Below the pieces are notes generated by a model. It was not told the DNA's origin. It did not search any database and saw nothing but the letters and a program-made list of their open reading frames with translations. 64,000 bases of DNA. It comes from Yuukianura sp. NJ FZ-2021. Its lineage: Eukaryota. The position numbers and the translations under genes were made by a program. The stretch is taken from contig CM102286.1 of the NCBI GenBank assembly GCA_046563655.1, forward strand, positions 10,540,001 to 10,604,000, in the 5' to 3' direction. Below are positions 63,719-64,000 of the stretch, piece after piece (the first letter of the stretch is position 1; each line of letters begins with the position of its first letter).

Positions 63719-63861
63719 TTTATGCTTTATTAAATTTTGAGTAAAATATTTTAAAACAAATTTCAATTCAAAAAAATCTGAAAAAGAAACTGTTAATATG
63801 CTAAGACAATAAGCTGTGTATTACTTGGGATGTTGAGTTTTAAAAAAGTTTCAACACATCT

Positions 63862-63975
63862 ACCACCACCACAACCACCACAACCCCAAGAAACACCACC
63901 ACCACCACCACCACCACTCCCAACAAACACCACCACCACCACCACTCCCAACAAACACCACCACCACCACCACAA
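63862..63975. repeat. (CCA)n-rich microsatellite
   Basis: Interrupted CCA/CAA runs. Confidence 0.9.
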
Positions 63976-64000
63976 TCAGTTATAAACAACCTTTTAAAAG

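Overview
Eukaryotic, AT-rich, intron-containing animal DNA. It is most likely an arthropod, and a springtail is my inference from the gene content. The left part (1-40 kb) is genic: three copies of a plant-type L-gulonolactone/aldonolactone oxidase (candidate horizontal acquisition, third copy damaged), a clan-3 cytochrome P450 lacking the I-helix Thr, a C2H2 zinc-finger gene, an unknown small gene, and a rhodanese-domain MAP-kinase phosphatase in a region rich in AP-1 sites. The right part (40-62 kb) is a nested transposon graveyard: hAT and Tc1-type MITEs, a PIF/Harbinger element, an L1/Tx1-like LINE and a Ty3/Gypsy element. The standout is a ~2.7 kb composite of two unrelated ssDNA viruses inserted at the YLDD catalytic motif of the Gypsy reverse transcriptase. 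One part is a convergent CRESS-DNA Rep/Cap junction. The other is a densovirus-like NS3/NS2/NS1 cassette with an unspliced intron, whose SF3 helicase is fused in frame to the RT C-terminus, RNase H and integrase. All calls come from reading the sequence by eye; no database searches were run.
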